DNA from: Lepidodermella squamata
Lineage: Eukaryota; Animalia; Gastrotricha
Direction of reading: 5' to 3'
DNA: 64,000 bases
NCBI GenBank assembly: GCA_047495785.1
Contig: JBLDXI010000046.1
Span: 1,364,001 to 1,428,000, forward strand
A program made the translations under genes and the position numbers. The stretch's first letter is position 1. Every line of letters begins with the position of its first letter. Of this stretch, positions 63,401-64,000 are shown piece by piece. The notes beneath the pieces were generated by a model that was not told where the DNA came from, searched no databases, and was given only the letters and a program-made list of their open reading frames with translations.

Positions 63401-63699
63401 AGGTCATCGAAATAATAATTATAGCAAAAACTTGTGTGTGGGAATTTATTAAGGTGGACTTTTTTTAATAGCTTGGAGAAATTATTGTCGCGGACAATCA
63501 CAACAACTTCAATTTGACGGCGTTCACGCCCGAAGGCCAAGTGTTGTACGGACTCGAGTCGAAGGTGAAACACGCGCAAGTGTTCGATGCGACCCTGATG
63601 AACGACGGCTGCGTCGCTATCGCGTGCAAGGACTACCGCGTTTACGTTTACCGCTACATGTCAGCGTCGACGCGCCACCTCGGGCTCAACATTCGCTAA
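60441..63699 (+). CDS. brat: TRIM-NHL protein, Brat/NCL-1 orthologue (RING, B-boxes, coiled coil, NHL)
   Basis: Exons 60441-61127, 61305-61748, 61802-62549, 62604-63301 and 63472-63699. The NHL region QRMIYHLKFGEFGVMEGQFTEPSG...EGITNYPIGVGIN...ESKVKHAQVFD...KDYRVYVYRY closely matches the Brat/NCL-1 NHL domain as I recall it. Confidence 0.93.
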
Positions 63700-63908
63700 A
63701 CACTACTACTGAAATCTGACATTATATCAAAGCTTATTATTCCAGAAATTAATATCTATTGTTGCCTAATTATTATTCGTAAAAAAAGACTGTTTTAACC
63801 CACCTAAAAATGATGATGATGACGACTATTAATGCATGTGATGTGTGGCCCTGAGTGATACAAACGATGAAATGACTATTGTTTTTTTGTGCCCACAGAC
63901 CTACGCGT

Positions 63909-63916
63909 TGTAAATA
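63909..63916 (+). promoter_or_regulatory. Pumilio response element (UGUAAAUA) in the putative brat 3' UTR
   Basis: Exact match to UGUANAUA about 210 nt after the stop codon. Confidence 0.45.
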
Positions 63917-64000
63917 GGTTTTATCATATTATACATCTATATACGCAAAGCTAAAACACTCTTTCGTTTGGTTTACTCTCTTTTGTTTATATAAATGCGT

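Overview
Eukaryotic genomic DNA from an invertebrate animal, probably a protostome (it carries a Brat/NCL-1 orthologue). It is gene-dense, with AT-rich GT-AG introns that are mostly about 45-60 nt, so the ORF track shows exon fragments and gene models were rebuilt by hand from splice sites. From left to right: a divergent Cys-loop ligand-gated channel subunit, a small secreted peptide ORF, three tandem DUSP22/15-like phosphatases, an orphan single-pass membrane protein, a divergent UMP-CMP/adenylate kinase, an intronless secreted PQQ-type beta-propeller (horizontal transfer candidate), two tandem GABA-B-like class C GPCRs, and a GRAF/oligophrenin-like RhoGAP. Next comes a ~17 kb minus-strand block of unusual extracellular genes: a secreted sushi + ~16-ankyrin-repeat glycoprotein, a claudin-like tetraspan with two domains inserted in loop 1, and four paralogous secreted Cys-rich proteins that I do not recognise. 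The window ends with an SLC5 symporter, JIP3/JIP4 (unc-16/syd-like), a 5'-truncated LINE carrying a nested Mutator-like MITE, and a RING-containing Brat/NCL-1 gene. Several MITEs and two interstitial (CCCTAA)n tracts are present. The 23.2-40.5 kb block is the best candidate for an undescribed system. All family calls rest on motif recognition by eye; no database searches were run.
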